Positions 10,702-20,173 of a stretch of 64,000 nt of DNA are shown here, piece by piece; the first letter of the stretch is position 1, and each line of letters opens with the position of its first letter. Source of the DNA: Vicinamibacteria bacterium (GTDB taxonomy: Bacteria; Acidobacteriota; Vicinamibacteria; Marinacidobacterales; Marinacidobacteraceae); contig CAXXLQ010000004.1 of NCBI GenBank assembly GCA_963668695.2, forward strand, positions 3,296,001-3,360,000, written 5' to 3'. The position numbers and the translations under genes were made by a program. The notes under the pieces were generated by a model that was not told the DNA's origin, made no database searches, and saw nothing but the letters and a program-made list of their open reading frames with translations.

Positions 10702-12294
10702 ATGCAGAACATGTGCGCGAATAACCCCGTCGCTGGCCGGAAACTCCGGCGGTCGACTCCTCTGGCGTTAGCCATCACCGCGGTTCTCTCCGCCTGCGGC
10801 CCGCCGCCGGCCGCTGACCTCACCCCCCTCCGCTTCGCCGTTGCGCGTTTCCAGCACGAGACCTGCACCTTCTGCCCCGGCGGCGACACCGAGATCGAGG
10901 ACTGGCTCCGCTACCGCGAGCCCGTTTCGGGCGACGCGCTGCTCGGTGCCGGCAACTACGTCGGCGGCTTTGTCCAGCGGGCCCGCGAGCTCGGCGATGT
11001 GGAACTCGTGCCCCTGACCTCGCCGGTAGGAGTGTTCGGCGGCTCGTCGCGCAGTTGGAACACGAAGGAGACCTTCGACCACTTCCTGGGCGTCATGCTC
11101 GCCGAACTCGAGGAACAACTGCCGGTGGACGGGGTCTATCTCGCACTGCACGGGGCGATGGCCGTGAGGGACGTCCCGCGGCCCGAAGCCGAGATCGCGC
11201 GCCGCTTCCGTGAACTCGTCGGCCCGGACGTTCCCATTGCCGGCACCTTCGACCTGCACGGTAACGAGGACGCCGAATTCCTCGAGCACGCCGACTTCGC
11301 CTTCGTTACCAAGCGTTTTCCCCACTACGACGCCACCATTCAGGGCGAACGCGCGGCCCGCGCCCTGCGGCTCGTCGCGCGGGGCGAATACGAGCCCACG
11401 AGTGCCACCCGAAAGCCCGGGATCATCACCGCCACCGTACTCCAGTGGACCGGCCAGTCCCCCTCGGTGGACATCATGGAGCGGGCGCGGCGCTGGGAGG
11501 CCCGCGAGGACGACGCCTACGTGAGCGTCTTCTACGGCTATCCCTGGTCGGATGTCCCCGACGTGGGCGCCACCATCCACGTCATGACCAACGGCGACCA
11601 GGAACTCGCGGACCGGATCGCCGATGACATGGACGACTTCATGTGGCGGGTCCGCGAGGACTTCGCGCTCGGCAGTTACCCCGTACCCGAGGAGGCCGCG
11701 CGGATCGTCGCGGCAGCCATCGCCCGCGGCGAGACGCCCGTCGCGGTCGGCGACCACAGCGACCGCCCCGGCGACGCGACGCACATTCTGAACGCCTTCG
11801 AAGCGGCGGGCATCGGCAAGACCCTCTACGGCACGATCAGTTCGCCCGCCACTCTGGAGCGCCTCGCGGCGGCGGACGCCCAGCCCGGCGACCCCTTCGA
11901 CCAGGAAATCGGCGGCTTCACCCCCTCCGGCGGGTCGCCCCGGCGCATCACCGGCACGCTCGAGTACTTCGGAGAAGGCTTCGGTTACGACGCCATCGCC
12001 GCCGCCTCCTTCGGCGACGGCAACCTCGTCGTCCTCGTTCCCGCCTATGAGCAGGTGCTCTACCCGGAGGCGTTCCGCATCGGGACGATCAACCCCGATG
12101 ACTACGAGGTCTTCGTGGTCAAGTCACGGGTGCACTTCCGGCGCGGCTTCGACGAAACCGGCTACGCGCGCACCATCCTGGTCGTGGAAGCACCCGAGCC
12201 CTTCGTGGGGACGACCTTCCTCGACGCGCTCCCGTACGAGAATGTGGATCTCGGTGAGCTGTACCCCTACGGGGTGCCGGAGAAGCGGCGCTGA
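10702..12294 (+). CDS. M81 family metallopeptidase (MlrC-like), probable lipoprotein
   Basis: LSAC lipobox; HETCTF, YLALHGAM, FDLHGN, FPHYD, VKSRVHFR. Confidence 0.85.
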   Translation: MQNMCANNPVAGRKLRRSTPLALAITAVLSACGPPPAADLTPLRFAVARFQHETCTFCPGGDTEIEDWLRYREPVSGDALLGAGNYVGGFVQRARELGDVELVPLTSPVGVFGGSSRSWNTKETFDHFLGVMLAELEEQLPVDGVYLALHGAMAVRDVPRPEAEIARRFRELVGPDVPIAGTFDLHGNEDAEFLEHADFAFVTKRFPHYDATIQGERAARALRLVARGEYEPTSATRKPGIITATVLQWTGQSPSVDIMERARRWEAREDDAYVSVFYGYPWSDVPDVGATIHVMTNGDQELADRIADDMDDFMWRVREDFALGSYPVPEEAARIVAAAIARGETPVAVGDHSDRPGDATHILNAFEAAGIGKTLYGTISSPATLERLAAADAQPGDPFDQEIGGFTPSGGSPRRITGTLEYFGEGFGYDAIAAASFGDGNLVVLVPAYEQVLYPEAFRIGTINPDDYEVFVVKSRVHFRRGFDETGYARTILVVEAPEPFVGTTFLDALPYENVDLGELYPYGVPEKRR

Positions 12295-12355
12295 GCTGGA
12301 GGTGGAAACAGGGGCGAAGACTCACCGCGCCGATTGTGGGGAGATCCGGTTGCCC

Positions 12356-12555
12356 ACTGCCCGCGGTGGGACCCGGGTGAGCGCCGAGGCCGGCCGGTTC
12401 GCCCGGTAGGGTAAGGCGCCCGGCTGACAAGGCGCGTGAGGGAGGAGCCCCCACCGGGAGAACTGGCCCGGGTGTATTCCGACCGAAACGCAGCGATGAG
12501 CGGCGCGAGACGGAGTGGTTCAGCCGTGATGGATCGCCGGCCGGACACCGCGTGC
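12356..12555 (+). mobile_element. Family A MITE, degenerate/truncated
   Basis: Core GTGAGCGCCGAG...CTGACAAGGCGCGTGAGGGAGG...GATGGATCGCCGG with eroded ends. Confidence 0.75.
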
Positions 12556-12571
12556 CACCCTGGCCCGCGCG

Positions 12572-13306
12572 TCAGTCCGATCCTCGGTTGCTCGGCACCC
12601 CGAGCGCCGGCTTCGGTTTGCCGCTCCAGGGACTCGGGACGGTTGCGGTTGGAGCCGGTGCGGCCGCCACGTCCGGGTTCCAGTCCAGCATGAAATCGGC
12701 GTGTGCCCTGAGTTCTCGGCGGATCCCCTCGAACCCGAGCGTGCAAAGCCCGACCCGCAGACCCTCACGCCGAGCAAATCGCATCGCAGGGACCATGTCG
12801 GCATCACCGGTCACGAGCACAACGGTGTCGACCAAACGCTTTAGGGCCAACGCGGCGATATCAAGACCGATTCGCATGTCCACACCTTTTTGCACCAAGT
12901 CCGGCACAAAGTCCGATGCGGAGAGCATCCTGCGTGGCTCTCTTCTCAGGGAACGTCCGGCGCTCTCTCCCACGCGCCAGCCCCGAAAAGCCAGTTCCCC
13001 ACGCCGAACGGCGAAATCCTCCGCTTCCTCAAGCCCCTCAACCAGGCGCGCACCGTAACGAGCCGTCTTGGTGTCGGCGAACCGGATCTCCTTGGCGTCG
13101 AGAGGCCGGATTTCTGAGCCACGGTAGGGATCCGCGTTGTAGAAGAAGATGCGGTACAGGTCCGCACCAGAGAGGGAATCCAGCAGGAACGCCGCCAAGC
13201 TCTGTACATCGCCCACCGCGGGGAAACGGCGGTTCTCTTTCTCGAAGCGCTTGATCACGTATCCACCATCCATCAGGAGCGCCGTCCTTCCACAAGACCG
13301 GTTCAC
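12572..13306 (-). CDS. NYN domain (PIN-like) ribonuclease family protein
   Basis: MDGGY, YRIFFY, QKGVDMRIGLDIA, VLVTGDADMVPAMRFARREG. Confidence 0.9.
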   Translation of the reverse strand: MNRSCGRTALLMDGGYVIKRFEKENRRFPAVGDVQSLAAFLLDSLSGADLYRIFFYNADPYRGSEIRPLDAKEIRFADTKTARYGARLVEGLEEAEDFAVRRGELAFRGWRVGESAGRSLRREPRRMLSASDFVPDLVQKGVDMRIGLDIAALALKRLVDTVVLVTGDADMVPAMRFARREGLRVGLCTLGFEGIRRELRAHADFMLDWNPDVAAAPAPTATVPSPWSGKPKPALGVPSNRGSD

Positions 13307-13563
13307 AACCGCACACCCTCACTCATGTTGACGCCTGACCACGTGTGAGTCACAACCGCAGTCATGACCCAGCTTCCATCAGCGACGCAGCCAGGCGCCG
13401 TTTTTGTCGCTTACCGGAAGCCTAACAACCCGGCGTGCATCCGGCCATCGTGAGGCAGAGCATCGGTGGACGCGCGCCTTTGCCGCACTGCCAAAGGGTG
13501 ACCTCCTCATGCGCTACCCAGGCCCACGTCAACCTCTGGATACCGCCTGCGAACGGCGCGCTT

Positions 13564-14232
13564 CTAAGGAAGCACCACGGGCCCCAGGAAGCCGGCCCAG
13601 AGGACCACACCCATCCCCATTCCGAGCACCACGGCCGTTACCGCGACCCACCGGTTCTCCCGAGGGAAGTACTTCCAGAGGAAGATGCCGGCTCCCACCA
13701 GCGAAACGACTCCGGGCAGCGCCCAAACGGCCAGGGGAATCCCGGTGATCCGCTCCAACCAGCATTCGTCACATCCGGCTTCGATCCTGGCTCCGAAAAT
13801 CGGAAACACGAGAACACCCAGAGCGGCGGTAATACGAAAGTTGGACAAGTACCCCATGGCCACCAACACCGGGTGCGCCTTCCACTTCGCGCACAAAAAG
13901 CAACAGGCCAAGACGACCACGTAGGTAGCCACCAGCCCCATCGCGAACATCGTCGTCACCCCCCACACGGGAGCGACCTCCGCGGCGGCGGCGAAGTCCC
14001 CCTCCAAGACTGCGCGACCGAAATCGTCGCTTCCGCTGAAGCTCGCCGAGCCGTAGCGCAGGACGGCGCCCGGGAAGCCCAGTCCCCAAAAGACCAGGAA
14101 ATGACCGAGTTCGTGCAGGAGCACCGTGGGCGGTGCGGAAACGACTCCCCAGAACCACCAGCGCAAGGCGACCCGTTTCCGCGAAGCGCGTGCGGGTTGG
14201 GCGCTGTCGGAGATCGAACCGTCGACTGTCAT
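13564..14232 (-). CDS. Polytopic membrane protein with HExxH (M50-like metalloprotease motif)
   Basis: LLHELGH next to the first TM, several TMs, GCDECW. Confidence 0.75.
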   Translation of the reverse strand: MTVDGSISDSAQPARASRKRVALRWWFWGVVSAPPTVLLHELGHFLVFWGLGFPGAVLRYGSASFSGSDDFGRAVLEGDFAAAAEVAPVWGVTTMFAMGLVATYVVVLACCFLCAKWKAHPVLVAMGYLSNFRITAALGVLVFPIFGARIEAGCDECWLERITGIPLAVWALPGVVSLVGAGIFLWKYFPRENRWVAVTAVVLGMGMGVVLWAGFLGPVVLP

Positions 14233-14286
14233 GGAGTACCTCGCTCGAACCGGAGATCGAGCAAGCCGCTACGGCCTGGCCCCGCC

Positions 14287-14393
14287 CCGCCTGACCGCCC
14301 GCCTGACCGCCCGCCTGACCGCCCGTCTGATCGCCCGCCTGATCGCCCGTCTGATCGCCCGTCTGATCGCCCGTCTGATCGCCCGTCTGACCG
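14287..14393. repeat. 12-bp VNTR CCG(C/T)CTGA(C/T)CGC x9
   Basis: Read directly; lies between the two paralogous membrane-protein genes. Confidence 0.95.
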
Positions 14394-14434
14394 GCTGTAG
14401 CGCCGCGGGAATTCCCGCATCCGGTCGTTCAAGC

Positions 14435-15422
14435 CTACGGAAGGAGCAAGGGGCCCAGGAAGCTGGCGTAGAAAGCCAACCCCATCGCGATGCCGAGGCA
14501 CATCGCCCCCACGGCGACCCGGCGATGGTCGCGCGGGAAGTACCTCCACAGCCAGATGGCGGCTCCCACCAGGGAAATGACGCCCGGTAGTGCGAGAACG
14601 GCCAGGGGGATCCCCGTAATCCTCTCCAGCCAGCATTCGTCACAGACGGCATTCACCCGGGCCCCGCCGAGGGTAAGCACGACAGCGATCAGGGCAGCGA
14701 AGATACGAAGGTTGGACAGATAACCCATGGCCACGAGCAACGGGTGTGCTTTCCACTTCGCACATAGATAGCAACAGGCGAAAACGACGGCATACGTCGC
14801 GACCAGTCCCATGGAGAGAGCCGTCGCCACCCCCCACACCGGAGCGATCTCCGCCGCCGCCGCCAGGTCGCCCTTCATCACCGCGTTGAAGAAACCGCCG
14901 CTCCCGCTAACAGCCGGTGGTGGAACCCGGGTGAGCGCCGAGAGCGGCCAGTTCTCCCGGTGGGGGGGCGGTTCAGCCGGGATGCATCGCCGCTCGAACG
15001 CCGCCGGGGTTTCACGACAGGCTGTTAACAGCCTGTGGTGGAACCCGGGTGAGCGCCGAGAGCGGCGAGGCCCAGTTCTCCCGGTGGGGGTCCGGCTGAC
15101 AAGGCGCGTGAGGGAGGAATACCTGGTGTATTTCGACCGAAACGCAACGATGAGCGGCGCGAAGCGACGCGGTTCAGCCGGGATGCATCGCCGCTCGAAC
15201 GCCGCCTGGGTTTCACCACAGGCTGTTAAAGCCCGCCGAGCCGTAGTGGAGCGCCGCGCCAGGAAGACCCAGAGACCAGAAGACCAGGAAATGACCCAAC
15301 TCGTGCAAGAGCGCCGCGGGCGGCGTGGACAGGACGCCCCAAAACCACCAGCGCAGCGCAACCTGCTTCCATGATGCGGCTCCGAGCGGGGAGCTTTCGA
15401 CGATCGTGCTGTCGGTGGCCAT
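14435..15422 (-). pseudogene. Paralog of 13564-14232 interrupted by two tandem MITEs
   Basis: Removing 14910-15228 restores ...HYGSAGF-SGSGGFF..., collinear with the intact paralog (RYGSASFSGSDDF). Confidence 0.9.
14910..15226 (+). mobile_element. Two tandem family A MITEs (14910-15025 internally deleted; 15028-15226)
   Basis: TA|ACAGCC...GGCTGT|TA|ACAGCC...GGCTGT|TA; empty site reconstructable. Confidence 0.95.
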
Positions 15423-15455
15423 GGAACTCCCTCCCCCGGGAATCCCGGCGGCGGC

Positions 15456-16688
15456 CTACTCCGGCTCCCTCAGCCGGTTGTACTTCCGGAGGATCTCACG
15501 GAGCCGGTCGTGCGGTAACCCGTAGATTTTTCGGCCGTTCACCCCGACGATGTCGCGTCCCGCAACCAACGCATTGATGATGGCCTCTTCGGTGGCCTGC
15601 ACCACCCCCTCGAAGAGGGGATTGATGTTGTTGTTGGCGAGGTTCTCGAGCGGAGCGATGCCACTCTCGTTGTGCGCGGCCTCCTGGTTCGCGGTGGAGA
15701 AGGCGACGAAGATGTCTCCGGAGCCGTTCGAAGAAATGCTGCCGACCCGGCCGAGGGCGAGCGAGGTCCGGCGGATGAAGCGGTTGAGCTGGTGCGGCAG
15801 CAGCGGCGCGTCGGTCGCCGCGACGATGATGATCGAGCCATCGCGGCCCTCGGCGTCGTCCCCGGCCGCTTCGTCGTCATCACGGGGGGCGTCGAACGGC
15901 CCGCGCTCCGGCGTCAGATCCGGGATCTCCCGTCCCACCGGCACCCCGGCGATGGTCATGAGGTTCCGGCTGCCGAAATTGGACTGCACGAGCACACCGA
16001 CCACGTACTCGTTCCCTCCCGCCTCAACGATCCGGGAAGCGGTGCCGATCCCGGCCTTGAAGCCGAACGTGCGCATCCCGGTCCCGCCTCCCACCGAGCC
16101 TTCCGCGACCGGGCCGCCCCGCGCCGAGTCGAGCGCGGCGAAGACGTGCTCCTGCCGGACGTGAAAGCCGTTGATGTCGTTCAGGAAACCGTCCCAGGTC
16201 TCGGCAACCACCGGCAGGCTCCAGTCCGGCGCGTCGAGGTTCTGCTGCGCCCAGGCGATGGTGGCCTCATGCACGGCGCCCACGCTGTGCGTGTTCGTGA
16301 TCATCACCGCGCCCTCGAGAATGCCCCGGTCGCGCATCCAGGTGGTGCCCGTCATTTCGCCGTTTCCGTTCAAGGTGAACCAGGCGGCGAAGACCCGCCC
16401 GCGGCTCGCGCGGCCGCGCGGCAGCACCGCCGTCACGCCGGTGCGAACCGGGCCCTCGCCCACCACGAGTTCCCCTTCCCCGCGGATGATCGTGTGGTGT
16501 CCCACCTCGATCCCGGCCACGTCGGTGATGGCGTTCAGCGGACCCGGCGTGCCCTCGAACGGCACTCCGAGATCGCGGGCCCGGGGCGAATCCTGGCCGG
16601 ACGCGGCAGCCGCCCACCCCAGCAGCCCTACGGCAACGGCGGCAAGAGCGGCGATGAGTCGCTGCGAAGCGTTTCTGCGGGTGTTCAT
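15456..16688 (-). CDS. dmpA: DmpA-like aminopeptidase (peptidase S58/P1 family)
   Basis: RARDLG, NAITDVAG, NGNGEMTG, PVVAETWDG, GGGTGM, G-SII cleavage site, GSGDIF; signal peptide. Confidence 0.9.
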   Translation of the reverse strand: MNTRRNASQRLIAALAAVAVGLLGWAAAASGQDSPRARDLGVPFEGTPGPLNAITDVAGIEVGHHTIIRGEGELVVGEGPVRTGVTAVLPRGRASRGRVFAAWFTLNGNGEMTGTTWMRDRGILEGAVMITNTHSVGAVHEATIAWAQQNLDAPDWSLPVVAETWDGFLNDINGFHVRQEHVFAALDSARGGPVAEGSVGGGTGMRTFGFKAGIGTASRIVEAGGNEYVVGVLVQSNFGSRNLMTIAGVPVGREIPDLTPERGPFDAPRDDDEAAGDDAEGRDGSIIIVAATDAPLLPHQLNRFIRRTSLALGRVGSISSNGSGDIFVAFSTANQEAAHNESGIAPLENLANNNINPLFEGVVQATEEAIINALVAGRDIVGVNGRKIYGLPHDRLREILRKYNRLREPE

Positions 16689-17797
16689 GAGGACGTCTCC
16701 TTCGACTCGGGAAGCTTGTCAAACAACGAACGGGGTGCGCCCGGCGCCCGCGGCGGACGGAAGAGATCCATTCGGAACGGCGGATGTTGCCGGTCGTACC
16801 CGAGCCGCCGGGAAGCCACCCGGAACCGGTTGGCCAGCAACTCCGCATAGGGTCCCTGTCCCCGCATCCGCTCGCCGAACTTCGCCTCGTAGAGCTCTCC
16901 GCCACGCGTATCCCGGATCAGGCTTTCGACGTGGGCCGCGCGGGTCGGAACGTGCGTCTCCAGCCACTCCGAGAAGAGCTCCTTGAGTGAGTGCGGCAGC
17001 CGGACCAGGATGAACCCGGCCGAACTCGCACCCGCCTCCGCCGCGGCCTCCAGGATGGCCTCGAGTTCGGAGTCGTTGAGCGCCGGAATCATCGGCGACG
17101 CGAGCACCCCCACCGGGACCCCCGCCTCCCGGAGCGCGGCGATGGTGCCCAGCCGCCGCGCGGGAGCCGCCGCGCGGGGTTCCATGGCCCTCGCGAGGTC
17201 GCGCCGGAGAGTGGTCACCGAGACCATCACCCGCGCGAGCCCGTCGCCGGCCATCTCGGCGATGATGTCGAGGTCCCGCAGGATCAGCGCCGACTTCGTG
17301 ACGATGCCGGTGGGGTGGCGCGCCTCGCGGAGCACCTCGAGGATCTGCCGGGTGATGCGGAGGTCACGCTCGACCGGCTGATATGGATCGGTGTTCGAGC
17401 CGAGCGCCAGCGGACCGACCCGGTAGCCGGGCTTCCTGAGTTCGCGGCGCAGCAGGTTGGCGGCCTCCGGCTTGGCCACGATCTTGGTTTCGAAGTCGAG
17501 GCCGGACGAGAACCCCAGGTACTCGTGGCTCGGCCGCGCGAAGCAGTAGATGCAGCCGTGCTCGCAGCCCCGATAGGGGTTGATGGACCGGTCGAACGGG
17601 ATGTCCGGCGAGTCGTTCCGGGCGATGATCGTCTTCGTCCGGTCGATGATGACTTCCGTCGGAACGCGCTCGGGCGGGGGATCGCGCGAATCCCACCCGT
17701 CGTCGAACGCCTCCTCGCGAAACCGCTCGAAGCGCCCGGCGGGGTTGGACAGCGCCCCCCGGCCCCGGAGGGGCTTCCCCCGGCCTCCGGGATCCAC
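16685..17797 (-). CDS. Radical SAM protein, PA0069/SplB-like family
   Basis: NPYRGCEHGCIYCFARP (CxxxCxxC), NTDPYQP, MEPRA. Confidence 0.9.
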   Translation of the reverse strand: MDPGGRGKPLRGRGALSNPAGRFERFREEAFDDGWDSRDPPPERVPTEVIIDRTKTIIARNDSPDIPFDRSINPYRGCEHGCIYCFARPSHEYLGFSSGLDFETKIVAKPEAANLLRRELRKPGYRVGPLALGSNTDPYQPVERDLRITRQILEVLREARHPTGIVTKSALILRDLDIIAEMAGDGLARVMVSVTTLRRDLARAMEPRAAAPARRLGTIAALREAGVPVGVLASPMIPALNDSELEAILEAAAEAGASSAGFILVRLPHSLKELFSEWLETHVPTRAAHVESLIRDTRGGELYEAKFGERMRGQGPYAELLANRFRVASRRLGYDRQHPPFRMDLFRPPRAPGAPRSLFDKLPESKETSS

Positions 17798-17809
17798 GGC
17801 CTTGCCTTA

Positions 17810-18098
17810 GCAGCCTGTGGACAAAGTGACGCGGCGTTCCCGAGCCAGAAGGGATGGGGGTCGGGTGACCCCGCCCCCCGTCCCTTCCGCTCCGGGGTCT
17901 CCGCGGTGCTGGCGCCCCGCTCCGGAAGCGACCGGCGATGCATCCCCGCTGAGCCGCGCCGCTTCGCGGCGCTCATCGTTGCGCTTCGGTCGAAATACAC
18001 TCGGGCCAGTTCTCCCGGTGGGGGCTCCTCCCTCGCGCGCCTTGTCAGCCGGGCGCCTCACCGGTCTCGGCGCTCTCGTCACCTTGTCCACAGGCTGC
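17810..18098 (-). mobile_element. Family A MITE (DnaA-box ends) carrying a ~90-bp nested cargo at 17837-17927
   Basis: TA|GCAGCCTGTGGACAAAGT...ACCTTGTCCACAGGCTGC. Confidence 0.85.
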
Positions 18099-18108
18099 CG
18101 AACCGGAG

Positions 18109-19039
18109 CTAGCCCGGCAGGAGGGCGTCGAGCAGCCCTGCGAGGGCGGCCTCGATCTCCCCGGCGTCACCTGAGGTACGGACCAACTGCCCGCCGCTGA
18201 TTTCGGCCAGGTGGGTCAGCACCCAGAAGGGATCCACATTCCGGAGACCGCGCAGGTCGCGTCCGGAATCCTGCAGATTGCGGCCCTCGAACACGATCTG
18301 GTTCGCCAGATCGTCGGCGCCGATGCTCCCGTAGGTCCCGCCGACCCTGCCCGATCTGCTCATCGTCGGGGGGGCGGTTACCGCGAGTACGATGGGAGGC
18401 ACCGCTCCCGCGGCGAAGAGCGGCCACGCATCGCGGGCCCAACTGGCTCCGTCCACTCCGTCCGTGAAAACAACCACAACCGGACGCCCCGGGGAATCCG
18501 CGACGAGCCCGAACGCAAGGGTGAGCGCGTTGTTGAGCGCCGCCGGACCGCCGCTGCGGAGCTCCTCGGCCGCAGCCGCCGCATCGGCACAGGTCCCGTC
18601 CCAGCCGGCGTGAAGCTCCACCGAGCGGGTGAACCCGAGGAGCGCGCAGCGATCCTCCGCGTCGAGCGAAGCGAAGAGGGCGCGGAGCCCGGCGACGGCG
18701 GCCTGCAGCCGCGCTCCGGAAACGCTGGAACTCAGGTCGAACACGACGACCAGCGACAGGGGTTCCTCCCCGGTCCACACCGGCCGGGGCAGGTCGTCTC
18801 CCCGGCGCCGCAGCAGTTCCAGACCCGCGCCTCCGACCCCGGGAGCCGCCCCCGCGCGAGGATGGGCCTGGGCCGCAACCGCGGCGACCGACTTCGCAAC
18901 TGGCGCCGCAACTGGCGCCGCAACTGGCGCCGCAACTGGGCTCCGCGTGTTTTCCCCGGTGGCGGAGTCGGCAACTCCGCCTGCAAGGAAGGAGACCCGT
19001 GAGCAGGATCGTCAGCGCAACGCCCGGGAACGCTCTCAT
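18109..19039 (-). CDS. Secreted VWA domain protein (+1 frameshift near 18985)
   Basis: ATGA overlap with upstream gene; DLSSSV MIDAS, VFTDGVD; removing one CCTT copy restores the frame. Confidence 0.75.
18895..18939. repeat. 12-bp tandem repeat CGCAACTGGCGC x3.7 (PVAA linker)
   Basis: Read directly. Confidence 0.9.
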
Positions 19040-20037
19040 TCTCCGCCTCCGCCCACCGCGGGCTCCCGCACCTCGTCCTTCATCGCCTGGAACATCTCGG
19101 GGTATTCCAGTGCCGGGCCGAGCCAGTACCGCCATTCCGGCTCCCAGCCCGCGGGCGCCCGTTCCAGCAGGGTTCGCGCAGCCTGGGCCGCACCCTTCGG
19201 GTCCCCCAAGCTGAGCCTTGCCGCCACCAGTCCGGCGACGGCCGCGGGAGATAGCCGGGCTCGACGGACCGCCTCGGCGAATGCGGCTTCGGCGGCTTCG
19301 AAATCGCCGGCCGAAAGCGCCGCCTCCCCCCGGAGCATCAGGGACGCGAGGCGCGGAGACCCTCCCAGGCGCACCCCTTCGAGCCGATCGAGTTCGGCGA
19401 CAGCGTCCTCGGCCAGGCCGTAGTCGAGCAGCACCCCCGCGAGCTGCACTCGAAGCGCGGCCTCATCCGGAGTCTCCTCGAGGAGACGGGTGAGCAACTG
19501 ATGGGCTCGGGCCAGATACGCGGGTTCTTCACGCTGTCGGCCGAACATCCACAGTGTCGAAGCGAAGGCGGCGCGCAACGCACGGTCATCCGGAAGGTCT
19601 TCGAGCGCCGTCTCGAAGGCTGTCACCGCGGGGCCGACCGCAAGCTGCACCTGGTAGGAATAGCAAAGCGCCAGCCACCACCGGCGCGTCCAGTCGGTGC
19701 GCTCCTCCAGGTCCGGAATCGCCTTCAGCAGATTCCGCGCCATCTGCAGATGGGTCTCGGATTGCCCCTGGCCGACCGCCTCCGTATGGAGGAGAGCCGC
19801 AGTCTTGAGTTCCAAAACTGTAGGCCCCGACGCGATGAAGTCGCGGACCACCCGCTCGACGGAATCCGGAGCGAAACCGGCGAGCACCCGGCCCGAACTG
19901 ATGAAGAGTCCGCCGCGCACCTCGTTCAGCAGTCCCTGGTAGGCGTCGCTGTCGATCCGGCCCTGCGCCGGGGAGGGACTGGAGGAACCGACGATTGCCG
20001 CCAGCGCAAAAGCAACGGTTACAGACAACGAACGCAT
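19036..20037 (-). CDS. Secreted TPR-like protein
   Basis: Signal peptide (SPA-Q), helical A/L-rich repeats, GEAALSAGDFEAAEAAF. Confidence 0.75.
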   Translation of the reverse strand: MRSLSVTVAFALAAIVGSSSPSPAQGRIDSDAYQGLLNEVRGGLFISSGRVLAGFAPDSVERVVRDFIASGPTVLELKTAALLHTEAVGQGQSETHLQMARNLLKAIPDLEERTDWTRRWWLALCYSYQVQLAVGPAVTAFETALEDLPDDRALRAAFASTLWMFGRQREEPAYLARAHQLLTRLLEETPDEAALRVQLAGVLLDYGLAEDAVAELDRLEGVRLGGSPRLASLMLRGEAALSAGDFEAAEAAFAEAVRRARLSPAAVAGLVAARLSLGDPKGAAQAARTLLERAPAGWEPEWRYWLGPALEYPEMFQAMKDEVREPAVGGGGE

Positions 20038-20173
20038 CCAGATCTACGACCCGGAATGTAGCAGGATACGTGCCGCGGCGCCGCCTGGCGGGCAGCTTGC
20101 CGGCGGCGGCGTGCCCGTATCGAAGCGGGCGATGTAACGTAAAAAAGAACCCGCCGCATCCAAGGAACGCCCC

